Of a stretch of 64,000 bases of DNA, positions 1 to 10,800 are shown in pieces. This DNA is from a virus. Lineage: Duplodnaviria > Caudoviricetes. The notes below the pieces were generated by a model. It had not been told where the DNA came from. It worked only from the letters and a program-made list of their open reading frames with translations, and made no database searches. The DNA is taken from positions 19,169 to 83,168 of the IMG/VR virus record IMGVR_UViG_2636415473_000002; one strand, 5' to 3'. Numbering within the stretch: the stretch's first letter is position 1; each line of letters opens with the position of its first letter. The translations under genes and the position numbers were made by a program.

Positions 1-53
1 AAGGTTTTGGTAAGAAAGGAAAGCAGACGAAGTGGAATGACGAGATGTGGTAA
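1..53 (+). CDS. HNH endonuclease, C-terminal end only (cut by window edge)
   Basis: Translates GFGKKGKQTKWNDEMW*, nearly identical to the end of the HNH ORF at 62049-62384; lies directly before terS. Confidence 0.8.
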   Translation, partial: GFGKKGKQTKWNDEMW

Positions 54-125
54 GGCCCCCCGGTCGAATATTTTGGAATTTTTTAAAACTCAGGGGACCG
101 GAGAGGGGGCTCGATTTTCCAGATT
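54..125. other. Candidate cos / packaging-initiation region
   Basis: GC-rich CCCCCCGG...GGGGACCGGAGAGGGGGCTCG island between HNH and terS; near-copy at 62385-62455. Confidence 0.55.
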
Positions 126-159
126 CAACATCATTTTTTCACGTTAGGGGGGTGGGTAG

Positions 160-462
160 GTGGCTGTAAGCATAAAAGACCTTAAGGATCAGCTTATGGG
201 AAAGATTGATACAACTGATTTAGTCCAGGTCGAGAAAGTCGAACGTTATATAAATCTGGTCAAATCGTTTAGAAAGATCAATACAATTATCAACAAAGAA
301 GGGGAGTCTGTTACAACAAAAAATGGATCGCAGTCTTTTACCAAGGCCCACCCTCTGATAGGTGAGCGAAATAAAATTAATGCATCTTTATTGAGTATCG
401 AAAAGACATTTGAGTTCGGTGATATTAAGGAGACCAAGCGCAGCGCTAGTGACCTCATATGA
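160..462 (+). CDS. terS: Terminase small subunit (P27 family)
   Basis: 100 aa with KAHPLIGERNK motif; overlaps terL start. Confidence 0.85.
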   Translation: MAVSIKDLKDQLMGKIDTTDLVQVEKVERYINLVKSFRKINTIINKEGESVTTKNGSQSFTKAHPLIGERNKINASLLSIEKTFEFGDIKETKRSASDLI

Positions 463-2093
463 TTTCGAATAGACATGTTGACGAATATATAAAGCTGTAT
501 GAAACAGGTAAGATAAAACTCAATAAAGAACGCATTATGCTAATTGAATATTTACAAGAACACGTGTTAATACGTGATGATATATATTTTGATGATGAAA
601 TGATCGAAAACTTTATTAAATTTGCTGAGAAGTGGTATTTTCCTTTACAACCATTTCAGAAATTCATTGCAGCATTTGTTTTTCTTTTTTATGAAGAGGA
701 TGACTCTGTATTCTACGAACAGTTTCTAATTATGATGGCTCGTGGTGGTGGGAAGAATGGTTTTATATCTGCCTTAAGCCATTTTTTTATAAGTCCTTTG
801 CATGGGATACAGCGCTATAATATTTCGATTGTGGCCAACAACGAGAAACAAGCGAAAGTTTCTTTTAGAGAAATTTATGAGACGATTGAATCCCACGATC
901 TATTGGAAGATATGTTTTATCGGACAAAGGTTGAAATACATGGAAACGATACAAAAAGCGTATTGCAATATCACACATCAAACGCAGGTTCTAAAGATGG
1001 TCTTCGTGATGGATGTGTAATTTATGATGAGATTCATCGTTATGAAAATTTTGATGTCGTTAACGTATTCTCTAGCGGACTTGGAAAAGTACCGAATGCT
1101 AGGGAATTTTTTATTGGGACAGATGGTTATGTTCGTGAAGGCTTTTTAGACAAAATGAAAGAACGAGCTATGAATATTCTTGAAGGTAAGGATTTAGATG
1201 ATCCTCTTTTTCCTTTTATCTGCAAGATTGATGATCCTAAAGAGGTTGATGATACTGAGCAATGGGAAAAAGCCAATCCAATGTTTTCAAACCCTATGAG
1301 CACTTATGCTCGAGGATTGTTTAAGAAGGTTCTCACGCAGTTCAAGCAATTAGCTAATAACCCATCTAATCGTGAAGAATTTATGACTAAGCGTATGAAT
1401 CTTCCTGAAATAGACTTAGCAAAAGCAGTTGCAAGTTGGGATGACATTATGGCCACAAATAGAACATTCCCAGATTTGTCACATCGCACATGTGTAGGCG
1501 GTTTGGATTTCGCCAGTATAAAGGATTTTGCGGCAGTTGGTCTGTTATTTAAAGTTGGCGAAGATTATGTTTGGAAATCCCATTCATTTGTCCGAAAAGG
1601 GTTTTTAGACACGGTTAAGTTAAAGGTGCCAATTAAGAAATGGGAGGAAGATGGATTCCTCTCAATTGTGGACGAACCAGTAATTGATATTCGTCATATC
1701 GTCAATTGGTTTGTTGAAATGCGGGAAATTTACGGGCTTACAACGATTGTTGCGGATACCTTTAGATTAGACCTGGTGAAAACTGCATTGGAAGCGGAAG
1801 GATTTACTTTGCTTTATATCCGTAATCCTAAAGCTATTCATTCTTTATTAGCCCCAAGGGTAGAAACGATGTTCGCAAAACATAATCTCATCTTTGATGA
1901 TAATCCTTTGATGCGATGGTACACGAACAACGTCTACGTCCACATCAAAAAAGACGGCAACAAGGAATACCTCAAGAAAGATGAATTCCGTCGCAAAACC
2001 GATGGATTTCAGGCATTTATTCACGCCTTGTGGCAAGCGGATAATATTCTTGAAGAGGATGTGGACTTTTTCTTAGGTGACATAGATTTTTAG
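459..2093 (+). CDS. terL: Terminase large subunit
   Basis: Walker A-like MARGGGKN, Walker B VIYDEIH, nuclease GGLDFAS and C-terminal KTDG. Confidence 0.96.
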   Translation: MISNRHVDEYIKLYETGKIKLNKERIMLIEYLQEHVLIRDDIYFDDEMIENFIKFAEKWYFPLQPFQKFIAAFVFLFYEEDDSVFYEQFLIMMARGGGKNGFISALSHFFISPLHGIQRYNISIVANNEKQAKVSFREIYETIESHDLLEDMFYRTKVEIHGNDTKSVLQYHTSNAGSKDGLRDGCVIYDEIHRYENFDVVNVFSSGLGKVPNAREFFIGTDGYVREGFLDKMKERAMNILEGKDLDDPLFPFICKIDDPKEVDDTEQWEKANPMFSNPMSTYARGLFKKVLTQFKQLANNPSNREEFMTKRMNLPEIDLAKAVASWDDIMATNRTFPDLSHRTCVGGLDFASIKDFAAVGLLFKVGEDYVWKSHSFVRKGFLDTVKLKVPIKKWEEDGFLSIVDEPVIDIRHIVNWFVEMREIYGLTTIVADTFRLDLVKTALEAEGFTLLYIRNPKAIHSLLAPRVETMFAKHNLIFDDNPLMRWYTNNVYVHIKKDGNKEYLKKDEFRRKTDGFQAFIHALWQADNILEEDVDFFLGDIDF

Positions 2094-2109
2094 AAAAGGA
2101 GGTGAGATA

Positions 2110-3246
2110 TTGGGATTCTTAGATCTCGTAAAAAGCCGAAACAAAGAACTAGAATTTATGCTCGATTTTGATTTAATCGAAGGTACTTCTGAAAAAATAC
2201 ACATGAAAAAGCTTGCTATTCAAATTTGTGTGGACATGATCGCACGTACTATTAGTCAGTCTGATTTTCGCATGAAGAATGGAAAGGAAATCATTAAGGA
2301 CGAATTGTATTATCGGTTAAATGTTAGGCCAAACTTGAACCAAACAGCATCAACTTTTTGGCAAGAGCTTGTTCATAAGTTGATAAAAGAAAACGAGGTC
2401 CTGGTCATAAAATCAGACACAGATGACTTGCTGATTGCGGATTCGTTTACTCATACAGAATATGCGGTTTTTGAAGATAGTTTTAGTGATGTCACCATAA
2501 AAAATTACACTTTTAATCATACATTCAAAATGAGTGATGTTTTTTATTTACAATACACCAATGAAAAACTAACGACTTTGCTAGATGGATTATACACGGA
2601 TTATGGTGAGCTTTTCGGTAGAATTGTAGAATTCCAGAAACGTAAAAATCAAATACGCGGCGTTGTCGATATTGAAACTGTTCAAGACAAAAGTGAAGCT
2701 GCGCAAGCTAAACTACAAAACTATATAAACAAGATTTATAAGGCATTTTCCGAAAAATCCGTTGCAATTGTTCCTCAGCAGAAGGGGTTCAAGCTTGATG
2801 AAAAATCAAATACTAATGCCCATCCTGTGGACGAAGTAAACAAGGTCACAGACGGTTTTCTGTATCAGGTTGCAAATGCACTTGGTATTCCCATAGCGCT
2901 TTTAAAAGGTGAAATGGCAGATGTAGAAAAGCAAACAAGGAATTATATGATTTTCTGTATTGATCCACTGCTTAAAAAAATTAAAGATGAGTGCGATGCT
3001 AAATTCATTGATAAGTCCGTCTACCTGAAAGGTAAAAGGATGGATATTCGACGTATTTCTTACAGTAATATTTTTGACGTTGCAACAGCAGTGGACAAGT
3101 TGAGGTCAAGTGGAATATTTAATGGGAATGAATTACGTGAAAAATTAGGTGAAGAAAGGGCTGATGATCCAATGCTCGATAAGTTTGTAATCACTAAAAA
3201 CTATCAAGAAAGCTCAGAAGCGCTTAAAGGAGGTGAGAAAGAGTGA
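2110..3246 (+). CDS. Portal protein (HK97 family)
   Basis: Follows terL; YRLNVRPN, VANALGIP and NELRE motifs. Confidence 0.93.
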   Translation: MGFLDLVKSRNKELEFMLDFDLIEGTSEKIHMKKLAIQICVDMIARTISQSDFRMKNGKEIIKDELYYRLNVRPNLNQTASTFWQELVHKLIKENEVLVIKSDTDDLLIADSFTHTEYAVFEDSFSDVTIKNYTFNHTFKMSDVFYLQYTNEKLTTLLDGLYTDYGELFGRIVEFQKRKNQIRGVVDIETVQDKSEAAQAKLQNYINKIYKAFSEKSVAIVPQQKGFKLDEKSNTNAHPVDEVNKVTDGFLYQVANALGIPIALLKGEMADVEKQTRNYMIFCIDPLLKKIKDECDAKFIDKSVYLKGKRMDIRRISYSNIFDVATAVDKLRSSGIFNGNELREKLGEERADDPMLDKFVITKNYQESSEALKGGEKE

Positions 3247-3968
3247 AGCATAAGATTAAAGGCGATTTTACAAGTTGGAATTCAAGTATTTATGAATTTA
3301 ATTATAAAATGCGAAATGTAAAAGAAGATGAGGACATCGAATTGCATATCAATTCATACGGCGGTGATGTGTTTTTAGGCATCGACTTATGTAATACATT
3401 ACGTGAACATAAAGGACACGTGACCGTAGTAATTCCGGGGATTGCAGCAAGTGCCGCATCTATCGGATGTATGGGCGCCGATACTATTAAAGCATATTCG
3501 AATTCTCAAGTGATGGTTCATAACGCTTGGACAATTGTTGCTGGTAATGCGAAACAGTTACGTAAATCAGCTGATGATTTAGATAGCATTGGTGAGTCTG
3601 TTTTAGCATCATACAAACATCGTGTCGATGAAAAAACGATGGCTAAATTACTAGAAGATGAAACTTACCTTTCTGCAACTAAAGCGAAAGAATTAGGTTT
3701 AATCGATGAGATCATTGATGCAGAACCAGAAGAGGTTGAATCTGAATTATTCCAGAATAAAGCGAAGGAATTTAATAATAAAATTTCCGTATCGCTAGAA
3801 CCAAAGAAACCAATAGTTGCAACTGCAAGCATTGATGAAAACACACTTAAACAAATGTTTGCCGACTTTAAAATTGAAATCAAAAACGAATTAAAGCCAA
3901 AAGAGATTGATCCTAAATCTGTTGAACCTAAACAGAACTTGGGCAGTCTCTTTTTAAATTTAAAATAA
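3243..3968 (+). CDS. ClpP-type prohead maturation protease
   Basis: INSYGGDV, GIAASAAS, MVHNAW and ETYLSA motifs. Confidence 0.93.
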   Translation: MKHKIKGDFTSWNSSIYEFNYKMRNVKEDEDIELHINSYGGDVFLGIDLCNTLREHKGHVTVVIPGIAASAASIGCMGADTIKAYSNSQVMVHNAWTIVAGNAKQLRKSADDLDSIGESVLASYKHRVDEKTMAKLLEDETYLSATKAKELGLIDEIIDAEPEEVESELFQNKAKEFNNKISVSLEPKKPIVATASIDENTLKQMFADFKIEIKNELKPKEIDPKSVEPKQNLGSLFLNLK

Positions 3969-3986
3969 GAAGGAGCGTGTAATTAC

Positions 3987-5129
3987 ATGCCAATTACATT
4001 TAATAATTTCGAAGAAAAGAAACTAGCATTTGCAAAGGCTACACAAGAAGGAACTCCAGAAGAACAGGCAACTGCATTGAATAGTATGCTAGAAGCCCTA
4101 GCACAGGACGTACAAGGCGATATTATGAATCAAGTAAATACATCTATGCTAGACCGTTCTATCATGCAAGCAAGGGGCGCTAACGTCCTTACAAGTGAGG
4201 AAATGAAGTTCTTTAATGCTGTTGTGCAAGATGGAGGATTTAAAGATACTGAAACGCTGCCTAAGACGACTCAAGAGCGAATCTTTGATGATCTTGTGGA
4301 AGCTCACCCACTATTGCAGCATATCGGTTTGCAAAATTTAGGGGCAGTAACTGAATTTATTTACGGTGATCCAGAAGGTGCAGCTGTGTGGGGTCCATTG
4401 TTCGGTGATATCCAAGGGCAATTAAATGCTACATTTCGTAAAGAATCTATCAGTCAACTTAAATTAACAGCATTTATCCCATTAGCAAATGACATGCTAA
4501 AACTTGGTCCTGTGTGGGTAGAACGCTATGTTCGTACTATGATTACAGAGGCTATGGCTGTTGGATTAGAAAAGGGCTTTGTTGCAGGAACAGGTAAAGA
4601 CCAACCTATTGGACTCTTAAAGGATTTAAAAGGTTCTGTAGTAAATGGTGTTTATCCTGACAAAGCATCTGCTGGTACGCTAACTTTTGAACCAGGTCGT
4701 ACAACAATTAATGAATTAAAGGGCGTGGTCAAAAAGCTGGCAATTCGTCCTGTCGGGAAAGATGAAGTTGATAAAGTTCGCAATGTCGCTGGAAAGGTTG
4801 TTATGGTGACTAACCCATTTGACACTTTTGATATTCAAGCTAATGCAACGACTCAGAATGCGTCTGGTGTTTATGTTACTAATTTACCGTTTAATCCAAT
4901 TCAAACTGAATCGGTGTTCGTTCCACAAGGGAAAATTGCTTTCTTTGTCAAGGGAGAATACATCGCGGCAATAGGGGGGACTGAACCAATCAAAAAGTTC
5001 GAACAAACATTGGCGCTAGAAGATGCAACGCTTTATATTGCTAAACAATTTGCTACCGGAAAACCGAAAGATAACTATGCGGCACAAGTATATGATTTAG
5101 ACTTAGATTTAACAGCGCCTGTAGTCTAA
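3987..5129 (+). CDS. Major capsid protein (HK97 fold)
   Basis: 380 aa after the protease; GTGKDQPIGLL motif. Confidence 0.93.
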   Translation: MPITFNNFEEKKLAFAKATQEGTPEEQATALNSMLEALAQDVQGDIMNQVNTSMLDRSIMQARGANVLTSEEMKFFNAVVQDGGFKDTETLPKTTQERIFDDLVEAHPLLQHIGLQNLGAVTEFIYGDPEGAAVWGPLFGDIQGQLNATFRKESISQLKLTAFIPLANDMLKLGPVWVERYVRTMITEAMAVGLEKGFVAGTGKDQPIGLLKDLKGSVVNGVYPDKASAGTLTFEPGRTTINELKGVVKKLAIRPVGKDEVDKVRNVAGKVVMVTNPFDTFDIQANATTQNASGVYVTNLPFNPIQTESVFVPQGKIAFFVKGEYIAAIGGTEPIKKFEQTLALEDATLYIAKQFATGKPKDNYAAQVYDLDLDLTAPVV

Positions 5130-5149
5130 TGCGAAGGAGGTGATAGCAA

Positions 5150-5347
5150 ATGAAGTATAAAGTAATTAATGAATTTCGCGACAAAGAGAATAAAAATACT
5201 CAATATGCTGTTGGTGACGAGTATCCTAAAGGTGATTATAAACCAACTAAAAAGCGTATTGATGAATTATCTAAGGTACATTCAACGCATAATTGCGTGT
5301 TTATCGAAGAAGCAAAAGAGGAAAAGAAAGCTTCTGAAAAGGATTGA
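5150..5347 (+). CDS. Small head-associated hypothetical protein
   Basis: AAGGAGG RBS; YKVINEFRD..YAVGDEYP type ORF common after capsid genes. Confidence 0.7.
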   Translation: MKYKVINEFRDKENKNTQYAVGDEYPKGDYKPTKKRIDELSKVHSTHNCVFIEEAKEEKKASEKD

Positions 5348-5352
5348 TGTGA

Positions 5353-5643
5353 ATGAGCATCACTGGAATAATTTTAACAGAATTTAAAGAGAGGATGCAC
5401 TTAGGGGATGATGAAGATGAGAACCTAATTCGCATCCTTTCTGCGTCTAACGTTGAACTAAAAAGAATCTGTGGAAATTATGATCTTAATACGGATGAGG
5501 TATTTAAAGAACTTGTTTTTGAGCGTTCGCGATACGTCTATAACGACGCAATAGAATTTTTCAATGACAATTTTCTTAGTCAGATTAATAGTTTAGGAAT
5601 TACTAAAGCACTTGAAGAGGATGATTTTAATGCAATTAAATAA
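5353..5643 (+). CDS. Head-tail connector (gp6/gp15-like)
   Basis: Position; FKERMH..LVFERSRYVYND. Confidence 0.8.
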   Translation: MSITGIILTEFKERMHLGDDEDENLIRILSASNVELKRICGNYDLNTDEVFKELVFERSRYVYNDAIEFFNDNFLSQINSLGITKALEEDDFNAIK

Positions 5644-5995
5644 ATATAAGCCCAAGATGAATTCTGGGCTTTTTAGGCATAGAATCACCATTCAAAAACA
5701 TGAAGCAGATGCTAACGAAAACGGTTTTCGATCTCCAGAAGAACAAAAGTATCTGAATGTAAAGTCTGCATGGGCCATGATCAAGACGTTAAGTGATAAA
5801 GGATCTGCTTATGAGTTTTATGAGGCAGCTACCACTCATGCCCAAAATACAAATTCTTTTGTCATTCGTTATACACCTGGAATAACTGCGGATATGAGGA
5901 TTAAGTATAATGGCCGAACCTTTGAAATCCTGTCTGTAATAAATGATGGAGAGTTGAATAAAACTCTCACAATTGTCGGTAGGGAGTTGATTTAG
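5630..5995 (+). CDS. Head closure / head-tail adaptor (SPP1 gp16-like)
   Basis: FRHRITIQ, IRYTPGITADMRI motifs; start moved to the ATG after the GAGG RBS. Confidence 0.85.
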   Translation: MQLNKYKPKMNSGLFRHRITIQKHEADANENGFRSPEEQKYLNVKSAWAMIKTLSDKGSAYEFYEAATTHAQNTNSFVIRYTPGITADMRIKYNGRTFEILSVINDGELNKTLTIVGRELI

Positions 5996-6373
5996 ATGCC
6001 TATGGAATTAGAAGGTATGCAACAACTCATGGCTCATCTACAGCAGATGGGCAAATCTGTGGATGGTAGAGTAACAGAAAAAGCTCTGACCAAAGGAGCT
6101 GAATTTTTGCAAGGACACATCAAAGAAAAAACCCCAGTAAGAAAAGGGAAAGTTACAGGGAATCTTAAAGAAAATATTATTATTTCGGATTTGAAAGAGA
6201 ATCAAATCCATATTGGTCCTGATCAACAGGGTAAAGCTTTCTATGGGCATTTTTTAGAATTTGGCACTAGCAAAATGGATGCTCAACCATTTATGGGGCC
6301 AGTGTTCGAAAACAAGAAAGATGGCGCCCAAGAAATCATGAAAGATGTGATTAAAGGGGAACTGAGGTTATGA
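5996..6373 (+). CDS. HK97 gp10-family tail/neck protein
   Basis: TGNLKENI and FYGHFLEFGTSKMDAQPF motifs. Confidence 0.9.
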   Translation: MPMELEGMQQLMAHLQQMGKSVDGRVTEKALTKGAEFLQGHIKEKTPVRKGKVTGNLKENIIISDLKENQIHIGPDQQGKAFYGHFLEFGTSKMDAQPFMGPVFENKKDGAQEIMKDVIKGELRL

Positions 6374-6702
6374 GTTTAAATGCACTCGTCATTAACACCC
6401 TGAATCCATTAGGAATACCAGTGGACTTCCAAACAGCCAGGAGTAATAGTCCAACCTATATCACCTTCTTTTTCTACAATGAGAAGGGCACCTTGTATCT
6501 TGATGATGATGAAAAAGAAACAAGGTATTCACTCCAAGTTGATATTTGGTCAAAAGGGGATTATATATCTACGGTTGAACAAGTGAAAAAACTTCTGAAA
6601 TCCGTGGGGTTCGTTCGTACATTTGCCACAGATCTATATGAAAAAGACACGCAAATCTATCATAAAGTATTACGATTTTCATTCACACAGGACTCTGATT
6701 AA
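6370..6702 (+). CDS. Tail terminator / completion protein
   Basis: Position; YITF and LQVDIWS motifs. Confidence 0.75.
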   Translation: MSLNALVINTLNPLGIPVDFQTARSNSPTYITFFFYNEKGTLYLDDDEKETRYSLQVDIWSKGDYISTVEQVKKLLKSVGFVRTFATDLYEKDTQIYHKVLRFSFTQDSD

Positions 6703-6732
6703 CAGGGTCTTTTTATATTAGGAGGGAACATT

Positions 6733-7284
6733 ATGGCATTAGTCGGTTTAAAAGATATTCACGTTGCTTTATTTAATGATGGAACTTATGAGGTACCAGT
6801 AAAACTAGCAAAGGCTATCGAAGCTAAGATCACACCAAATACATCATCTGTAACTTTGTATGCAGATGATGGAGCTGCAGAAACAGCATCTTCCATGGGG
6901 GATATTGAGGTTGAATTAAATATTGATGATTTACCATCCAGTAAATACGCATTAATCATGGGTAAAACAGCAAATACAGATGGAGTTATCGTTGATAATT
7001 CCTCCGATGTAGCTCCATATCTTGCACTTGGGTTTAGATCAATGAAGTCTAACGGCGAATACAGATATGTTTGGCTATATAAGGGTAAATTTGAATTGTC
7101 AGAAGAAACGTATAAGACAAAGGGTGAAGAGGTGGAATTCCAAACACCTACTGTGAAAGCGAAATTCTTAGTAGATGAAGAAGGAAACTGGAGAGCGAAG
7201 GTAGATTCAGACGACGAAGATGTTAAAGCAAGTGTCATCGGGAACTGGTTTAAAAATGTTTACAAAGAGATGCCTACAGTTTAA
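6733..7284 (+). CDS. Major tail tube protein (phi13 family)
   Basis: VGLKDIH, LYADDG, APYLALGFRS, YVWLYKGKF motifs. Confidence 0.92.
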   Translation: MALVGLKDIHVALFNDGTYEVPVKLAKAIEAKITPNTSSVTLYADDGAAETASSMGDIEVELNIDDLPSSKYALIMGKTANTDGVIVDNSSDVAPYLALGFRSMKSNGEYRYVWLYKGKFELSEETYKTKGEEVEFQTPTVKAKFLVDEEGNWRAKVDSDDEDVKASVIGNWFKNVYKEMPTV

Positions 7285-7346
7285 ATAATTTGGACGAGAG
7301 AGGACATTGTTCTCTCTTTTTTCTATTTTGAGGAGGAAATTTTATT

Positions 7347-7655
7347 ATGCAAATTACACTATTAATCGAAGGACAAGAAAAGACATTCTCCACAGGGTTT
7401 ATTAGTTCTCGTAAATTTCGAAAAGCGCTTGAAATGCAAGAAAAATTACAAGGGCAAGCTACCGCAAAAACTATTGATGAAGTAGTTTGTTATGTTGTTG
7501 AAGTTTTCGGTGATAAATTCACTTTCGATGAACTTTATGATGGCTTAGCTTCCAACAAGTTAATTCCAACTCTCCACGAAGTAATCAACGTTGTAATTGG
7601 AGATGAAGCTACAAAATTACAAAGTGATGATTTTTTGCAGAAAAAGAACCAGTAA
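7347..7655 (+). CDS. Tail assembly chaperone (gpG-like)
   Basis: Between tail tube and tape measure genes; ends over slippery T TTT TTG (7631-7637). Confidence 0.85.
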   Translation: MQITLLIEGQEKTFSTGFISSRKFRKALEMQEKLQGQATAKTIDEVVCYVVEVFGDKFTFDELYDGLASNKLIPTLHEVINVVIGDEATKLQSDDFLQKKNQ

Positions 7656-7843
7656 ACCCATTGGATGCCATTAAGGATCTCTATCTTGATCTAATGTCAG
7701 GTGAGACTCCTTATAAGTTACATGAAATTGATCAAATGGATATAGTCTGGTTTTTTGCTCTAGCAAGACACAAGAGAAATAAAAAGCAATCCAAATCAAA
7801 GGTTAGTCAAAAACGGACTACCATTGATCAGTTACCAATCTAG
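7637..7843 (+). CDS. Tail chaperone -1 frame extension (gpT-like)
   Basis: The -1 frame from 7637 is open (AEKEPVNPLDAIKDLY...) into ORF 7661-7843. Confidence 0.75.
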   Translation, partial: AEKEPVNPLDAIKDLYLDLMSGETPYKLHEIDQMDIVWFFALARHKRNKKQSKSKVSQKRTTIDQLPI

Positions 7844-7859
7844 GAAAGGAGGTTAATAT

Positions 7860-10800
7860 ATGGCTGGAGAAGTTGGTTCCTTAAGGGTCACCTTGGGACT
7901 AGATTCAATTGATTTTACAAGAGGCATGCAGGAAATAAACCGAAAGTTGACGGCTTTAAATAGTGAATTTAAGACCACCACTGCTGGAGCAGGCCGTTTT
8001 GATAATTCATTGGACACATTGAGACAGCGATCTACTATTTTAACAAGTACTCTCCAAACACACCGTGCGAAAGTGAACGAACTGAACAACCAGTACCAGG
8101 AAAGCGTAAGAGTTAACGGGGCGGCAGCAGCATCCACGGAAAAACTATTGATTCAATACAATAATGCTGTTTCTGCTATGCGAAGAACAGAAAACCAATT
8201 GCAACAGACAAACCGTAAAATTCAGGAGCAGTCTAATGGATTCCAACAGTTAAGTACCCAAATTAATCAAAGTGTGGACAGAATCACTCAACAAATGAGA
8301 GTGTTGGATTCTTCTTTTGATGCTGCTACAGCAGGTATTCGTGACTTTGGTAATTCAACTCAACAATTGCAACAACGATCTGACCATTTAACTAGTTCTC
8401 TCCGTCTTCAACAACAGCGTGTGGAAGAACTCAATCGCCTTCATCGTGAAGCTGTTCGTGAAATGGGTGCAAATGCCAGGGAAACCCAAGAGCTAGAGAT
8501 TAGACTAAATAGAGCTACTCAGGCAATGAGGGAAACAGAAGCGCAGTTAAGGCGTACAAATGCACAAATCGATAATCAATCTAGTACGTGGAACAGATTG
8601 AATTCTCGTCTTAGTAGTGTTGGAGAACAGATGCAGCATATCGGTGGACGGATGCAAGGTCTTGGTTCTGAGATCGCTCAAAGCTTCGGTGTGGCATTTT
8701 TAGCAGTGGGAGGCGCTTTGGGACTTACTGCTAAGAAAGCTATGGATTTTGAATCACAAATGTCATCCGTTAAGTCTGTAATGGCTCCTGATGAGATAAA
8801 TGAATTTGGGGATAGTCTTGAGAAATTGGCTTTACAAATGGGAGCTGAAACAAAGTATTCTGCATTGGAAGCAGCGCAAGGCATTGAGGAACTTATTAAA
8901 GCCGGTTTATCACCTGCACAAGTAGCGTCAGGTGGGCTTGAAGGAGCTTTGGCCCTTGCAACAGCTGGAGAGTTAGAACTAGCTGATGCTGCCGAGATTG
9001 CTTCCACAGCTTTGAATGCATTTAAAGATGATAATCTGTCAGTTATGCGTGCTGCAGACTTATTAGCAGGTGCAGCCAACGCATCTGCCACTTCTGTTTC
9101 TGAAATGAAATTTGGATTATCAATGGTTTCGGCTGTCGCTTCCGGTGTTGGTCTAACGTTTGAAGACACGGCAGGAGCCTTAGCAACATTTGCTCAAAAT
9201 GGACTTAAAGGCAGTGATGCCGGTACGTCATTAAAAACCATGCTATTAAATTTATCACCATCAACTAAAGAAGCAACGGCTCAGATGAGTTCACTTGGTC
9301 TTCTTACCAAAAAAGGAACAAGTGCTTTTTACGATGCAAATGGATCAATTAAATCAATGTCAGAAATTGCAGAGTTGCTTAAAACAAAACTAGCTAAATT
9401 AACTGATGAGCAGAGACAAATGGCATTAAAAACTATGTTTGGTACCGATGCGATTCGTGCTGCTAACATCCTGTATAAAGAAGGCGCAGATGGCATTACT
9501 CACATGGTAGAGGCAATGAATAAGATTAAATCTGCTGATGTAGCTGCTCAAAAATTGGATAACGTAAAAGGTCGTATCTTGCTTTTAAAGGGAACTCTTG
9601 AAACTGCTGCAATTGCAATAGGGAACTCATTATTACCAGCTATTGATAAAGTTGTTGCAGTCGTTCAAAAGGCTGTTGATGCTTTTAATAATTTATCACC
9701 TAGGATGCAAAGTTTTATAACAATTGGTGCAGTAGTTTCAGCGGCTTTTTTGGGAATTGTCACTGCACTAGGTGCATTTATTATGATAATAGGTGGAGCT
9801 ATCTCAGGGGTAGGGGCTCTTATTTCAGTGTTTAGCGCTGTAGCGGGATCAATCGCAAGTGCTGGCGGAGCAATGGCTTTATTGACAGGACCAATTGGCG
9901 TGACGATAGCATCTATCGCTGGTATTGGAATCGCTGCAACGAACTTATATAACACTTTTAAAGGGAAAGCTATACCAGAAATCGAACGTTTTGGTGATAA
10001 AGTCTCAGAAAGCACAAAGAAGGCTTTAGACGGATTTTTCGAACTCTCAGATGAAGCTTCACTAAAAGTAAAAGAACTTTCAATTACACAAAAACAAGTA
10101 ACAGCAGAAACAAAAGATGCGCTAGTCAGCACTTATGGACAAATGAGTGAACAAATTCTTTCTAAAATGAGTGAACAGCACGCAAAGCAGATCGAAGCAA
10201 CAAAGTCTCACTTCTTGCGTTCTTCTGTTTTAACTAATGCAGAAGAAGATAAAATTCTCGGGAAAATGGAGGAAAGAAATAAATCCGAGGTTGAACTTCA
10301 GCAGAATTTCAGAAACAAAATTAATGAAATTGTCGGAAATGCTTATGCCGAAAATCGAGCACTTACCGAGAGAGAACAACATATTCTTGATACGATTCGC
10401 GAACAAATGAACGAAAAGGCTGTGAAATCTCTCTCTCAAAATGAAATTGAATCCAAGGTTATTCTTGAGAGGATGAAACAGACAGCGAGTAATTTATCAG
10501 CACAACAAGCGGCTGAGGTTGTCAAAAATTCTATTAAGCAAAGAACTGAAGCAGTGAATGAAGCTGATAAACAACTTGAGGAAACTATTGCTTCGATTAT
10601 TCGAATGAGAGATGAATCAGGGGACATTTCAGCCGAACAGGCCGACAGAATGATTAGTGAAGCTCAAAAAGCTCACGACATGTCTGTTAAATACGCTGAG
10701 GATATGCATAGTAAAGTTGTAGAAGAAGCAAAATCACAAGCGAAAGAACATGTGGATCAAATTAATTGGACAACAGGAGAGGTACTATCTAAATGGGAAG

